64,000 nucleotides of DNA from an uncultured Chloroflexia bacterium. GTDB taxonomy: Bacteria; Chloroflexota; Chloroflexia; Thermomicrobiales; UBA6265. Positions 23,636 through 34,778 of the stretch are shown here, in pieces. Position numbers and translations under genes: made by a program. The notes beneath the pieces are model-generated. The model was not told the origin of the DNA. It worked only from the letters and a program-made list of their open reading frames with translations, and did no database searches. Numbering within the stretch: the first letter of the stretch is position 1; each line of letters opens with the position of its first letter. The DNA lies in NCBI GenBank assembly GCA_963724295.1, contig CAVRUC010000007.1:32001-96000 (forward strand), read 5' to 3'.

Positions 23636-25471
23636 ACCTTGGTTGTCGCCTTGTCGGCTCCGAGACTGAGAACCGCCAGGAACGCCTCTTGCGGGATCTC
23701 GACGTTGCCGACGAGCTTCATCCTGGCCTTGCCTTCCTTTTGCTTTTCGAGCAGCTTGCGCTTCCGTGTCACATCGCCGCCATAGCATTTTGAGAGCACG
23801 TTCTTACGCATTGCACGGATCGTCTCGCGGGCGATGATGCGGCTGCCAATCGACGCTTGCACCGGAACGTCGAACATCTGTCGGGGAATGAGCCCGCGCA
23901 GGTTTTCCACGAGTTCGCGGCCGCGGGCGTAAGCGTCCTCGCGGTGCGAGATCAACGACAGGGCATCGACCGGCTGGCCATTGACCAGAACGTCGAGCTT
24001 GACGAGGTCCGAGGCGCGCATGTCCTTGAAGACATAGTCGAGAGATGCATACCCCTGAGTGCGGCTCTTGAGCTGGTCGTAGAAATCGACGATCAACTCG
24101 GCGAGCGGCATCTCGAATTTCATCTGGACGCGGTCGGGATCGAGGTAGACGAGCTCTCGGTAGTCTCCGCGCCGCCCTGTGACGAGATCCATCACGGCGC
24201 CGATGTAGCGCGCCGGGGCGATGATGGAGATATCGAGCCAGGGCTCGCGAATCTCTTCGAACTCGCCGGGGGACGGCAAATCAGAGGGGTTGTCGATGCG
24301 GAGCACCGTCCCGCCCCGGAGCTGAACCTCGTATTCGACACTTGGAGCGGTCGCCAGGAGCTGGATTCCGTACTCCCGCTCCAGGCGCTCCTGGATGATC
24401 TCCATGTGCAGCAAGCCAAGGAAGCCGCAGCGAAAGCCAAAACCGAGCGCGTCGGAAGATTCTGGCTCCCAGGTCAGTGACCCATCATTCAGCCGCAGGC
24501 GTTCGAGGGCATCCCTGAGCATCGGGTACTCCTCGCTTTCCACCGGATACAACCCGGCGAACACCATGGGCTTCACGGGTCGATAACCAGGCAGCTGCTC
24601 CAGGGCCGGATCGGACGCCAGCGTGACCGTGTCGCCGACCTGGACGTCCTGAACGACCTTGAGCCCGGTGGCGATGTACCCGACCTCGCCTGTGCCAAGG
24701 GCCACGGCCGGGTGCAGCTCCGGATCGAAGTAGCCGACTTCGAGGAGCTCAGCATCCTTGCCGTTGGCCATCAGTCTGATGCGGTCGCCGGATGCGATGC
24801 GGCCATCGACGATCTTGACGTACGCGATGACGCCCTTGTAGGGGTCGTAGTGAGAGTCGAAGATCAGGGCGCGGACAGGGCCCGCCCGGTTACCCCATCG
24901 GCGGAGGCATATGCCGCACTACCGCTTCCAGGATCTCTTCGACGCCGAGTCCGGTCTTGGCGGATGCGTGCACGATCTCGTCGTCGAGCAGCCCGATGAG
25001 CTGTCCGACTTCCGACGCCACTTTCTGGGGGTCAGCGCTGGGAAGGTCGATTTTGTTGATGACGGCGACGATGGCCAGATCCTGCTCGAGAGCGAGGTAG
25101 ACGTTTGCCATCGTCTGCGCTTCGATCCCCTGCGCGGCATCGACGACGAGGAGGGCGCCCTCGCACGCGGCCAGGCTGCGGCTCACCTCATACGAGAAAT
25201 CGACGTGCCCCGGAGTATCGATCAGGTTGAGCTGGTAAGTCTTGCCGTCCCGCGCCGTGTAACTCATGCGAACGGCGCGCGCCTTGATCGTGATGCCCTT
25301 TTCCCGCTCGAGATCCATCGAGTCGAGAAGTTGAGCTTTCATCTCGCGCTGGGAGACGGTATTGGTTTGTTCCAGCAACCGATCGGCGAGGGTCGATTTA
25401 CCGTGATCGATGTGCGCGATGATCGAAAAGTTGCGAACCTTTGCGGTGTCCGTTGAGGTCTCGTCGCTCAT
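23632..25471 (-). CDS. lepA: Elongation factor 4 (frameshift near 24890, probable extra G)
   Basis: [27 protein letters not shown]; then [14 protein letters not shown] and [14 protein letters not shown] in another frame. Confidence 0.96.
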
Positions 25472-25561
25472 TCGCTTGAGTCGTACGTCCTTCCGATGCC
25501 AGTCGCGGAGTATAGCCCACGGCCAACAGCGGGCCTGACTTGTGGGATGCGGCGACGCCAA

Positions 25562-27280
25562 TCAATGGCGCACGAGCGACGCGAGGCGACGGAGTGATGG
25601 AATACGCCGGGTCAACTGGTCGAAGATCTCCGTCATTTCGGGGACACGCAACATCCAGGCGGTGCCGAGGTAGACCATGCCGACGACTCCCAGGGCTAGT
25701 AGAAAAACCACGACCTGTTGAAGCCGTGGTCCATTCCCAGGAGTCGTGGCTTCGGTGAGGGGATCAGACAGACCGGCCGCGACAAGCCCTGCGACGGCGG
25801 AGCACGCGATGACTCTCAGCAGCCAGTCCCGGGTAGTCGCCGATAGACCCCCGATGCGCCGCCCGAGAACAGCCAACAGAATCAACGCCTCCGCGGTCGT
25901 GCTCAGACTCAGCGCCAGGGCCAGGGCCAGGTAGCCCATCCGATCCAGCAGCTCGACTGCGACAACGACATTGAGTGCCACGATCGCGATGCCGGCAATG
26001 ACGGGCGTCCGGGTATCGTGCATGGCATAGAACGCGCGCGTCAGTGCTTCGACCAGCGCATAGCTGACCAGACCCGCGGCCAGAAAAGCGAGTGGCGCCG
26101 CGACGAGCGCCGTTGATTCCGCCGAGAACGCACCCGTTTGGAAGAGCGTCTGCACAATCGGGAACCGGAACGCGAACAGAATTACCGCTGCCGGAAGCGA
26201 GAGAAAGAGGAGCGGGCGCAAAGCGTTACCCAATGTGGCGCGAAACGCGGCAGCGTCCCCGGCTTGCCAGAGCCTCGACAACGTGGGCAGGATCACGGTC
26301 GAAACCGACAGCGCCAGGACCCCGTGCGGGAGCATCAGGAGTTGCCACGCATAGTTCAGCGCCGAAACACTCTGTTCGCCGGTGCGCCAGGCGAGGTTCG
26401 TGATGGCGATGAAGTTCAATTGAAACGCCGCCTGACCGATCAGCCGGGGCGCCAGGAGGCGCGCCACCTCCCCGACTCCAGGAGCGCGGGGGTTGAACGA
26501 GAACGAATAGCGCATGCCGGATCGCACCAATCCGGGAATCTGAAGCAGCAGAAAACCGATGGCGCCGGCAACAACGCCGATAGCCACACCGTAGACACCG
26601 ATCCGGGGGCCGAGAACGAGCGCGCCCAGGATGGTTGCCGCGTTGTAGACGATCGGCGCCAGGGCGGGTAAGGCGAACAGATCCTGGCCCTCGAGGATGC
26701 CTTTTGCCGCGATGCCAAATCCGAGGAAGACGGGGGAGAGGAGGAGGATGCGCATGCAGTCGATAGTGATCTGCTGCGCCGTGTCACTCGCCTCGGGTGC
26801 CACGACATATCGCACGAGTTCTGGCGCAAAGACCCAGGCTACCGCAGCGGTGAGAATGACCAGCACACCCGAGACGTTCAAAACCACGGACGCGAGTTTC
26901 CACGCCGTCTCATCCTCGCCGTCGCCCAGGAAGCCTGAGAATACGGGGATGAATGCCGAGCCAAACGCTCCGGCCATGATGACCAGGAAGAGCAGGTCCG
27001 GGATGCGAAACGCCGAAACGTAGGCGCTGAACGCTTCTGAGGTTCCGAACTGACGAGCCAGCACAACTTCCCGGACAAGTCCCAGGAGCCTGCTGACGAC
27101 GAAGGCGCCGGCGACGATCCCGGCCGATTTGACAAGTGATGCCCGCCGACGCCGAGAGCCCCAGTCCCGCTCCATTACCGGCGCCCCTACCTGCGGCCAG
27201 CTTGGCCACTCTGCCGATTGAAAGCCGGGCGCTGGGCTATGAGGTTCGGCTTCAGCCTGCTGGGCGTCTGGAGTACGCAT
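25562..27280 (-). CDS. murJ: Lipid II flippase MurJ (start uncertain)
   Basis: SRLLGLVRE, AFRIPD, SAFIPVF, RAFYAMHDTRTP; many TM segments. Confidence 0.94.
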   Translation of the reverse strand: MRTPDAQQAEAEPHSPAPGFQSAEWPSWPQVGAPVMERDWGSRRRRASLVKSAGIVAGAFVVSRLLGLVREVVLARQFGTSEAFSAYVSAFRIPDLLFLVIMAGAFGSAFIPVFSGFLGDGEDETAWKLASVVLNVSGVLVILTAAVAWVFAPELVRYVVAPEASDTAQQITIDCMRILLLSPVFLGFGIAAKGILEGQDLFALPALAPIVYNAATILGALVLGPRIGVYGVAIGVVAGAIGFLLLQIPGLVRSGMRYSFSFNPRAPGVGEVARLLAPRLIGQAAFQLNFIAITNLAWRTGEQSVSALNYAWQLLMLPHGVLALSVSTVILPTLSRLWQAGDAAAFRATLGNALRPLLFLSLPAAVILFAFRFPIVQTLFQTGAFSAESTALVAAPLAFLAAGLVSYALVEALTRAFYAMHDTRTPVIAGIAIVALNVVVAVELLDRMGYLALALALSLSTTAEALILLAVLGRRIGGLSATTRDWLLRVIACSAVAGLVAAGLSDPLTEATTPGNGPRLQQVVVFLLALGVVGMVYLGTAWMLRVPEMTEIFDQLTRRIPSLRRLASLVRH

Positions 27281-27372
27281 CTTGAGTCGGTCGGCACAAT
27301 TTGGTACGATTCGTTGCCCGTTGCCGCGGCAACGGGTCGTTTTTGCTTTCGATTTGCGGAGGACTGGCTAGA

Positions 27373-27648
27373 TTGGCTAACTCAAAATCATCGAAGAAGC
27401 GAATTCGTGTCGCCGAGCGGCGTCGCGAAGAGAACAAACCGCTGCGCACCGAAGCGCGGACATTTGTGAAGAAAGCCGAGGTCGCCATTGCATCCGGGGA
27501 TGCCAGCGCGGCCGAGGCGGCAATATTGGAAGCGATCAGCGTGCTCGATCGTGTCGCGGACAAAGATGTGATCCACAAGAACAACGCGGCACGTCGCAAG
27601 TCACGACTTATGGCAAAGTACCACGCCCTGTCTGCCGCGTCGGCGTAG
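27373..27648 (+). CDS. rpsT: 30S ribosomal protein S20
   Basis: ANSKSSKKRIR, IHKNNAARRKSRL; TTG start after GGAGG; TGgTACGAT -10 at 27302. Confidence 0.97.
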   Translation: MANSKSSKKRIRVAERRREENKPLRTEARTFVKKAEVAIASGDASAAEAAILEAISVLDRVADKDVIHKNNAARRKSRLMAKYHALSAASA

Positions 27649-27688
27649 CATTCCGCGCGGCAAGCTCTGTTCGGGGAATCGTGGCGGC

Positions 27689-28747
27689 TCATACCGAGCC
27701 GCCACTTGATTGCTGCGGTGCGGACGCTGCGAGTGCCAGCACCAGATCGCGCAGCGCATCCTCCGGCTTGCGAAGACGACCGGTCTTCAGGTAGCGGTCC
27801 GCCTGAGCTCCAGCTCCGGCTGTGTACAGGGCGCGATGCGGCGCCCGACGCGTGGTGGCCATGACCGACGACACCCGGCCAGGAGCAATCGCCCCAAGAT
27901 CACGGGCGACGGCTTCGGCGTCCTTGCCGTCCGCGGCCGCCGCTACCATCGCTAGTTCCATCTGGCCGAGAAGTTGCGCCAGGAGCATCGCGGGTTCTTC
28001 GCCGCCCGTGACAAGCCGCTCTAGCTCATCCAGCCCGGAGCGCAAGTCGCCAATGAGCGCGGCGTCAAGGAATCGGAACACGCGCTGGTCGGCTACGCTC
28101 GGTGTCAGCAAAGCAATGTGGTCAACGGTGATTGGCCCTGGATGCGCCGCGAGCGCCAGCTTTTCAATCTCGGCCTTGAGCAGTGCGAGGTCGGGAGGGC
28201 GATCGTAGCGCGGGTTGCTTGCCTTCCGCTGCCACGTCTGCGGATAGAGCGTCTCGGCTAGTCGTTGCGCACTACGGCGGTCAATGCGGCTTTCGGCCTC
28301 GAGCGCGGTGGCTTCGATCCAGGCAATCAATGCGGCGCTACGCGGTGGCTCGCCAGCGACTACCTTCAATCCCGGTACGGAGGTCTTGAGCATCGCGGGA
28401 ACGGAGGTCAGGCTCGGCTCGAATATCAGCAAGTGATGTGACTCGGGCACCGCCGATACGAGAGCCTCGAGCTCCCCGCGTCCCCGTCCCGGCCGCTCTT
28501 CAAGTCCACTGGTTGAATCGCCTGACTCCGAGTCCCGGCTGGTCCGGACCAGGAGGTCGGTCACGATGACGACGCGCGGCGATGGGAAGAACGAAGCGGC
28601 GCCAACAGCCGACGCCACTCTGGCAAATGAGGTCTCGCGCCCGTCGAGCCAGGTGGTATTCGAGCCCGACGGATCCAAGTCGGCGGCGATGGCGAGAACA
28701 GCCTCGCGAGCAATCAGTCGATCGGGTCCGTGAATGAAGTAGATCAC
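27689..28747 (-). CDS. holA: DNA polymerase III delta subunit (divergent)
   Basis: IYFIHGPD, SFFPSPRVVIV, EIEKLAL, VFRFLDA; convergent with rpsT as is common. Confidence 0.75.
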   Translation of the reverse strand: MIYFIHGPDRLIAREAVLAIAADLDPSGSNTTWLDGRETSFARVASAVGAASFFPSPRVVIVTDLLVRTSRDSESGDSTSGLEERPGRGRGELEALVSAVPESHHLLIFEPSLTSVPAMLKTSVPGLKVVAGEPPRSAALIAWIEATALEAESRIDRRSAQRLAETLYPQTWQRKASNPRYDRPPDLALLKAEIEKLALAAHPGPITVDHIALLTPSVADQRVFRFLDAALIGDLRSGLDELERLVTGGEEPAMLLAQLLGQMELAMVAAAADGKDAEAVARDLGAIAPGRVSSVMATTRRAPHRALYTAGAGAQADRYLKTGRLRKPEDALRDLVLALAASAPQQSSGGSV

Positions 28748-28797
28748 GTGCTGTGGTCCCTGGCCCCGTGACCGTGCTGAGGCGCCTCGGAAAGGGT

Positions 28798-28958
28798 GCG
28801 GCCTCACCCGCCTGTGCCGTGTGCCCCGGTGCCTTGAACCTGCTTTCGCAGGTGGGCGCCGCAATGCCGGTGCCTAACGACCCCGGACCGCAGCTCCCGA
28901 CTGTCTCTCTGTTGGCTCAAGACTGCTAAGGCAGCACGAACACCGCAGGATCGGCCAC
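28798..28958 (-). ncRNA. ssrS: 6S RNA
   Basis: Minus strand CCTGCGGTGTTCGTG..TTGAGCCAACA..GGGAGC..GGCGCCCACCTGCGAAAGCAGGTTCAAGG..CACGGCAC matches the block order of Bacillus-type 6S RNA as I recall it; 5' and 3' ends pair. Confidence 0.85.
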
Positions 28959-28962
28959 AGCG

Positions 28963-28991
28963 AGGTTATCATCCGGCCCGCGATTGGACAA
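28963..28991 (-). promoter_or_regulatory. Sigma70-type promoter for 6S RNA
   Basis: TTGTCC-17 bp-TAACCT with TGn extension. Confidence 0.6.
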
Positions 28992-29113
28992 CCAGGGTGT
29001 ACGGACATGTCGTGGCCAGGAGAATGCGAGAACGCAGACGTGCATGGTTGGTCGCACTCGCGACCCGCGTCGTAGGATGAACGAGTGAATTTCTTGATTT
29101 CAAGGATCAAGGC

Positions 29114-30382
29114 GTGACCAACACAGGTTCTACGAATCAGCCCGGGCAACGAATCGTCGTAACCGGAATCGGCGTCGTGTCTCCGGTTGGTCATGATGCA
29201 CGATCCACCTGGGATGCCCTGGTGGGCGGGAAATCGGGTATCGCGCCGTTAACCCGGTTCGATCCAACCGGGTATCAGACGACGTTCGCGGGAGAGGTCA
29301 AAGGGTTCGATCCGGTCGCTCGCATGGGACGAAAGGACGCGCGGCGAACCGATCGCTATTCCCATTTCGCGGTCGCGTCGGCGCTCGAGGCTCTGGAACA
29401 GGCCGGTCTGACGATCGACGACGCAATTGCCGATCGAGTCGGGGTGCTCATTGGTTCGGGCATGGGGGGCGCCGAGACGCTCGATGCTGGCATGGAGACG
29501 GTTCTCACGGAAGGTCCAAGCCGCCTCAGTCCATTCTTCATGCCGATGTTTCTCGGCAATATGGCCTCCGGCACGGTCGCCATCGCCACCGGGGCACGGG
29601 GACCAAACTTCGCCCCGGTGTCCGCTTGTGCCAGCTCGGCTCACGCGATCGGCGAAGCGGCGGAGATCATCAGGCGCGGGCAGGCCGACGTGGTAATCGC
29701 GGGGGGAAGCGAAGCTCCCCTGGCTCGCATGGTTGTTGCCGGATTCAACGCGATGGGCGCATTGTCCACCCGAAACGATGACCCAGCAGCGGCGAGCCGG
29801 CCGTTTGACGCGGAACGCGACGGGTTCGTGTTAGGCGAAGGTGGGGCCGCGCTGATCCTGGAGAGCGCCGAGCATGCGGCGCGTCGCGGGGCGACCGTGC
29901 TCGCCGACTTGACCGGGTATGGGGCCACGGACGACGCGAACCACATGGTCCAGCCCGCGCCAGGCGGGATCGGCGCGGCGCGGGCGATGACCCTGGCGCT
30001 GGACGCCGCCGGGCTGCGACCGGAAGACATCGACTACATCAACGCCCACGGGACATCGACCCCGCTCAATGAGAAATTTGAGACCCAGGCAATCAAGGCC
30101 GCGTTCGGCGACGCGGCTCGTCGCGTCGCCATCAGCTCGACGAAATCGATGACCGGCCATCTGTTAGGAGCCGCGGGCGCGTTGGAAGCTGCCTTGGCAG
30201 TGATGGCCATTGAGCACGGGATGCTGCCGCCGACGATCAATCAGACATCGCCCGATCCGGACTGCGACCTGGACTACGTGCCCAATGTTGCTCGTCGCGC
30301 CATCGTCAAGCACGTGATGAGCAACTCGATGGGTTTCGGCGGTCACAATGTCTCGCTGATCTTCTCGGCGCCGCAGTCATGA
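29114..30382 (+). CDS. fabF: 3-oxoacyl-ACP synthase II
   Basis: VVTGIG, SACASS, INAHGTSTPLN, STKSMTGHLLGAAG, NSMGFGGHN. Confidence 0.97.
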   Translation: MTNTGSTNQPGQRIVVTGIGVVSPVGHDARSTWDALVGGKSGIAPLTRFDPTGYQTTFAGEVKGFDPVARMGRKDARRTDRYSHFAVASALEALEQAGLTIDDAIADRVGVLIGSGMGGAETLDAGMETVLTEGPSRLSPFFMPMFLGNMASGTVAIATGARGPNFAPVSACASSAHAIGEAAEIIRRGQADVVIAGGSEAPLARMVVAGFNAMGALSTRNDDPAAASRPFDAERDGFVLGEGGAALILESAEHAARRGATVLADLTGYGATDDANHMVQPAPGGIGAARAMTLALDAAGLRPEDIDYINAHGTSTPLNEKFETQAIKAAFGDAARRVAISSTKSMTGHLLGAAGALEAALAVMAIEHGMLPPTINQTSPDPDCDLDYVPNVARRAIVKHVMSNSMGFGGHNVSLIFSAPQS

Positions 30383-30444
30383 CCGCTAAGCACTCACCGT
30401 ACGGTTTCCGATCGGAGCGACATTAGCAATCGTCGCCTCATCGC

Positions 30445-31605
30445 CTACTCGAGGTAGCCGCGCAGCTTCCGGCTGTAGCTTGGGTGCCGCAGCTTGCGGA
30501 GTGCCTTGGCTTCGATTTGGCGGATCCGCTCGCGGGTAATCCCGAACTCCCGTCCCACTTCTTCGAGTGTCCGGAATCGACCGTCCTCGAGTCCGAAGCG
30601 CAGAACGATGATCTTGCGCTCCCGCTCGGTGAGCTTGCCGAGTGCCTCGCAAATCTGCGATTTCAACAACTCGTGTGACGCGAGCTCCAATGGGTGCGGC
30701 ATTGACTCGTCTTCGATGAAATCGCCGAGAAACGCGTCGCCGTCCTGCCCAACCGGCGCTTCCAGCGAGATGGGATGCCGGGATACGTCCAGAACCTGCC
30801 GCACCTTGTCGTCGGTCACATCCATCGCACGGGCAATCTCGAGCTGGGTTGGCTCTCGCTCAAGGATTTGCTGCAGCCGGTGCCCCGTTTTCTTGACTCG
30901 ATTGATCGTCTCGCCGACATGGACCGGCAGCCGGATCGTGCGGCTTTGGTCGGAAATAGCGCGGGTAATAGCCTGCCGAATCCACCACGTCGCATAGGTG
31001 CTGAACTTGAAGCCCCGCTTGTAGTCGAACTTGTCGGTCGCCTTCATGAGGCCGATGTTGCCTTCCTGAATCAAATCCAGGAAAGAGAGACCACGACCAA
31101 CGTATTTCTTTGCGACTGAGACAACGAGGCGAAGGTTCGCACGGATGAGATGGGCGCGAGCAAGCTCACCGTCAAGCTTGTCGGCGTCGAGGGCCGCTCG
31201 CTGCTCCGGCGTCAGGCCTGGATCCAGCAAGAGCTCTTCCGCGATCTTGCCGCGCTCCATGCGCTTCGAGAGCCAGACTTCCTCTTGCATCGTCAGGAGA
31301 TCGGTGTCGCCGATTTCCTGAAGATAAAGGCGAACTGAATCGCCTACCCCCGACGCCAGGTCTTCCGCGTACGTCGCTCGGTCCAGGGAACGTTCGGGCA
31401 CTACCCCTCGCGGACGGGAGACCGGCTTCAAGGGGGCCTGGTCGAGGACTTCGATTCCCTCGGCGACCAACGAGGAGTAGAACTCCTCCAGGATATCGAG
31501 GTGCTCTTCCGCGTTCGGGAACGCGGCCACTACCTCGTCCGAAAGAAGGTATCCCTGGTCTCTGCCCTTATCGATCAGGTTCGTGACCATCGCCTCTGTC
31601 ACCAT
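30445..31605 (-). CDS. RNA polymerase sigma factor, RpoD/SigA family
   Basis: Region 1.1-like N-term, [65 protein letters not shown]. Confidence 0.95.
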   Translation of the reverse strand: MVTEAMVTNLIDKGRDQGYLLSDEVVAAFPNAEEHLDILEEFYSSLVAEGIEVLDQAPLKPVSRPRGVVPERSLDRATYAEDLASGVGDSVRLYLQEIGDTDLLTMQEEVWLSKRMERGKIAEELLLDPGLTPEQRAALDADKLDGELARAHLIRANLRLVVSVAKKYVGRGLSFLDLIQEGNIGLMKATDKFDYKRGFKFSTYATWWIRQAITRAISDQSRTIRLPVHVGETINRVKKTGHRLQQILEREPTQLEIARAMDVTDDKVRQVLDVSRHPISLEAPVGQDGDAFLGDFIEDESMPHPLELASHELLKSQICEALGKLTERERKIIVLRFGLEDGRFRTLEEVGREFGITRERIRQIEAKALRKLRHPSYSRKLRGYLE

Positions 31606-31664
31606 TTCCAGACGACGCGCGGCCTCGACACGATGCGCTTGGGCGTGGGCGTGGCGCGAACGGC

Positions 31665-31696
31665 AAATAAAAACCCACCGCTCAAAAGCGGAGGGT
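31665..31696 (-). terminator. Intrinsic terminator-like hairpin in the sigma factor 5' leader
   Basis: Minus strand ACCC-T-CCGCT-TTTG-AGCGG-T-GGGT followed by TTTTATTT, 60 nt upstream of the ORF. Confidence 0.6.
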
Positions 31697-31930
31697 GGCG
31701 CTAACCGGCTATGGGTGGGTGGCGACCAGTGCGGGCTGGCATTGTCCGCTCACTCCGCGACAACTGCGCGGACGATCCTGCTGATAGCCTCGTGTATACG
31801 CGCAGTCTAGCGGAGCTTTGCCCATATTTCAAGCGGGTTACCGAGATATCGGCCGCAGATGATGAACAACGTGCTGGCTATACTGATCCGTTACGATGAC
31901 ACGAGAGCCCAGGATCCAAGGAGCGGCGAC

Positions 31931-32677
31931 ATGTCCGGGCATTCGAAATGGTCGACCATCAAGCGGCAGAAAGGCGCCGCCGATGCCAAGCGGGGTCAGC
32001 TTTTTACCAAGTTGGCGCGAGAAATCACGATCGCGGCACGCCAGGGGTTGCCCGACCCGGATGCAAATACCCGGCTCCGCCTGGCAGTCGACCGGGCCAA
32101 AGCTGCCAACATGCCGAAGGACAATATCGAACGAGCGATTCAGCGCGCCGCCGGCTCCGGCTCCGGAGACCAGTACGAAGAGATTTTTTACGAAGGCTAT
32201 GGTCCCGGCGGCGGAGCATTGATGATCCAGGTGCAGACAGACAACAAGAATCGAACCGTCGGCGAGGTACGCGCGGTACTGACACGGGCCGGTGGAACAC
32301 TTGGTGAAAACGGCAGCGTTGGCTGGATGTTCGATCAGATGGGTTTGATCGAGGTGCCGATCGGGCCGAATGATCCGGATGAAGTTGCGCTAGTCGCCAT
32401 CGACGCCGGAGCCAGCGATGTCGATACAGAGGACGGCGTTCTGATCGTCTATACCAACCCGACCGAGTTGCACCGGACGCGGGAGGCTCTTAGTTTGGCG
32501 GGCTACGAAGTTGAAGCCGCGCAGCTGACCATGCGTCCGAAGGCGCTGGTGGCGCCCGAACCAGACGCGGCGGTGAAGCTGATCCGGCTCGTCGAAAAGC
32601 TGGAAGACCTCGATGATGTGCAAGAGGTCTTCACGAACGTCGATATTGACGACGAGGTTCTGGCCACGGCCATGTAG
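31931..32677 (+). CDS. yebC: YebC/PmpR family protein
   Basis: MSGHSKWSTIKRQK, NMPKDNIERAI, YEGYGPGG, TDNKNRT, DLDDVQEV. Confidence 0.97.
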   Translation: MSGHSKWSTIKRQKGAADAKRGQLFTKLAREITIAARQGLPDPDANTRLRLAVDRAKAANMPKDNIERAIQRAAGSGSGDQYEEIFYEGYGPGGGALMIQVQTDNKNRTVGEVRAVLTRAGGTLGENGSVGWMFDQMGLIEVPIGPNDPDEVALVAIDAGASDVDTEDGVLIVYTNPTELHRTREALSLAGYEVEAAQLTMRPKALVAPEPDAAVKLIRLVEKLEDLDDVQEVFTNVDIDDEVLATAM

Positions 32678-32699
32678 CGGTGCGCGCGGGGAGGCGAGT

Positions 32700-33188
32700 G
32701 TGATTGCGATTGGGTTCGATCCGGGCACAGCGCGCCTGGGCTACGGAGTGATCGAAAGCGAACCCGATCCGCAGGCGATCGACTACGGCGTCATCGTGAC
32801 CAATCCTGACGAGCCGATGGCGCAACGCCTACTCCTGATTCACACGGCTGTTGGTCAATTGATCGATCTCCACCGACCGAGCGCCGTAGCGGTCGAGACG
32901 CTCTTTTTTGCCCAGAACGTAACGACGGCGATGACGGTTGGACAGGCGCGAGGAACGGTCCTGCTGGCCGCGGCGCAACGCAATATCGCCGTTGCTGAAT
33001 ATGCCCCGTCTGAGGTCAAGCAGGCGGTGGTTGGCTATGGGAAAGCTGACAAAGCTCAGATACAGGAGATGGTCCGGTTGATTCTCGGCTTGGCGACTGC
33101 GCCGCACCCTGATGACGCCGCTGACGCCCTGGCAGTCGCCATTTGCCACGTACAGAGCGCGCCGTTCCGGTCCCGGGTTGGCGCATAG
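32700..33188 (+). CDS. ruvC: Holliday junction resolvase RuvC
   Basis: [33 protein letters not shown]. Confidence 0.96.
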   Translation: MIAIGFDPGTARLGYGVIESEPDPQAIDYGVIVTNPDEPMAQRLLLIHTAVGQLIDLHRPSAVAVETLFFAQNVTTAMTVGQARGTVLLAAAQRNIAVAEYAPSEVKQAVVGYGKADKAQIQEMVRLILGLATAPHPDDAADALAVAICHVQSAPFRSRVGA

Positions 33189-34002
33189 GCACGCCAGCGG
33201 CCAGTCGGGAGCGGCGCGCGAGCGGCGACGCCTGGATGAAGCGCTCGTCGAGCGCGGGCTCGTCGAGAATCGCTCGCGGGCCCGGGCATTGATCATGGCT
33301 GCCGATGTTATCGTCAATGGGGTGGCTGTCACACGGGCCGGCGCTCCGGTTCAGAGGAGCGACGAGATTTCCCTCAAGGCGCCGCCCAAATTCGTGAGCC
33401 GTGGTGGCGAGAAGCTCGCACATGCCTTGTCGGAGTTCGGAATTGAGGTGCGCGACCTCATCGCCGCAGACTTCGGCGCCAGCACGGGCGGGTTCACCGA
33501 CTGTCTGCTTCAAGGCGGCGCCGCTCGAGTCTATGCGATCGATGTTGGCTATGGACAACTGGCGACCCAATTGCGAGCAGACCCGCGCGTCGTCGTCATC
33601 GAGCGGACAAACGTCCGTCATCTCGAGTCACTGCCGGAGCTCATCGACCTAGTGACCGTCGACGTCTCGTTCATCGGACTTAACCTCGTGTTGCCGGCTG
33701 CCCGGCAGCTCCTGAATGAGAGTGGCCGGATCATTGCTCTGGTCAAACCGCAGTTCGAGGCTGGCCGCGGCGACGTGGGAAGAGGCGGTGTCGTGCGCGA
33801 TCCAGAGACGCACCGCCGCGTTCTGCAGGTCCTTTTCAGGACCGCGGAAGAGCTTGGATTAGGGATTGTCGGACTGACAGCGTCGCCGTTGCGGGGGCCG
33901 GCAGGCAACATCGAGTTCCTCGCGGCCTTGATGCCGAATGTATCCTCAATCGCCATGAATGACGCGATCGAGCGCGCGTTGGCTGAGGCGCCAGGGGAAT
34001 GA
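33178..34002 (+). CDS. tlyA: TlyA family rRNA 2'-O-methyltransferase (start uncertain)
   Basis: S4 domain [52 protein letters not shown]. Confidence 0.94.
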   Translation: MAHRHASGQSGAARERRRLDEALVERGLVENRSRARALIMAADVIVNGVAVTRAGAPVQRSDEISLKAPPKFVSRGGEKLAHALSEFGIEVRDLIAADFGASTGGFTDCLLQGGAARVYAIDVGYGQLATQLRADPRVVVIERTNVRHLESLPELIDLVTVDVSFIGLNLVLPAARQLLNESGRIIALVKPQFEAGRGDVGRGGVVRDPETHRRVLQVLFRTAEELGLGIVGLTASPLRGPAGNIEFLAALMPNVSSIAMNDAIERALAEAPGE

Positions 34003-34778
34003 CTGATTCTGCGCGGCCGTCACCGTTTGCCGATCTTCGCGAGGCTCTTGGCCGAGCGAAAGAGCAAGCGGACGAATCGGTCGAGGTGGGCCAGCCGTCC
34101 GTTCGAGTCGATGCCAATCGGGTGCATCGCTCCGGGATCCCGGAAGTCGTCTTCGCTGGCAGCAAAACAAGCGCACACGTATCCGATGCCTTGCGGAGAC
34201 TGGTTGAGGCGAATGGCCGGGCGCTAGCCAGCCGGGTACGAGCGGAGGATGTCGGGCTCATCCAGCAGGCGCTCGAACCAGAAATCACTGTCGACTCACA
34301 TCCTGTGGCACGTGCAATGGTCGCGTTCCGGCCGGGGTCCTCGCGACCCCTTGGAGCAGGCGTCGTCGGTATCCTGAGTGCCGGCACATCTGACATTCCG
34401 GTTGCGGCTGAGGCTTCGCTTGCCGCCGCGGAAATGGGTGCGACCGTCCTGGAGGCTTGGGACGTCGGTGTCGCCGGATTGCATCGGTTGGTGTTGCCTC
34501 TGGAGCGATTCGTCACCGCGGGAACCGACGTGATCGTCGTCGCGGCCGGCATGGATGGTGCGCTGCCGTCGGTCGTGGCTGGACTCGTCGACATCCCGGT
34601 GATTGGTTTGCCGACGTCTGTCGGCTATGGCCTGGGCGCTGGCGGCGTCGGCGCGTTGACGACGATGCTCCAGTCGTGCGCGCCGGGTCTTGTCGTCGTC
34701 AATATCGACAATGGAATCGGCGCGGGGACAACCGCGGCGCTAATCGCCAACCGTGCCTCTACTGGCCGGGGAGTCTAG
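33999..34778 (+). CDS. larB: Nickel pincer cofactor biosynthesis protein LarB (PurE-like)
   Basis: [54 protein letters not shown]. Confidence 0.92.
   Translation: MTDSARPSPFADLREALGRAKEQADESVEVGQPSVRVDANRVHRSGIPEVVFAGSKTSAHVSDALRRLVEANGRALASRVRAEDVGLIQQALEPEITVDSHPVARAMVAFRPGSSRPLGAGVVGILSAGTSDIPVAAEASLAAAEMGATVLEAWDVGVAGLHRLVLPLERFVTAGTDVIVVAAGMDGALPSVVAGLVDIPVIGLPTSVGYGLGAGGVGALTTMLQSCAPGLVVVNIDNGIGAGTTAALIANRASTGRGV

Noticed and set aside
33178..34002. TlyA as hemolysin or virulence factor
   Set aside because: Motifs and context fit a housekeeping rRNA methyltransferase
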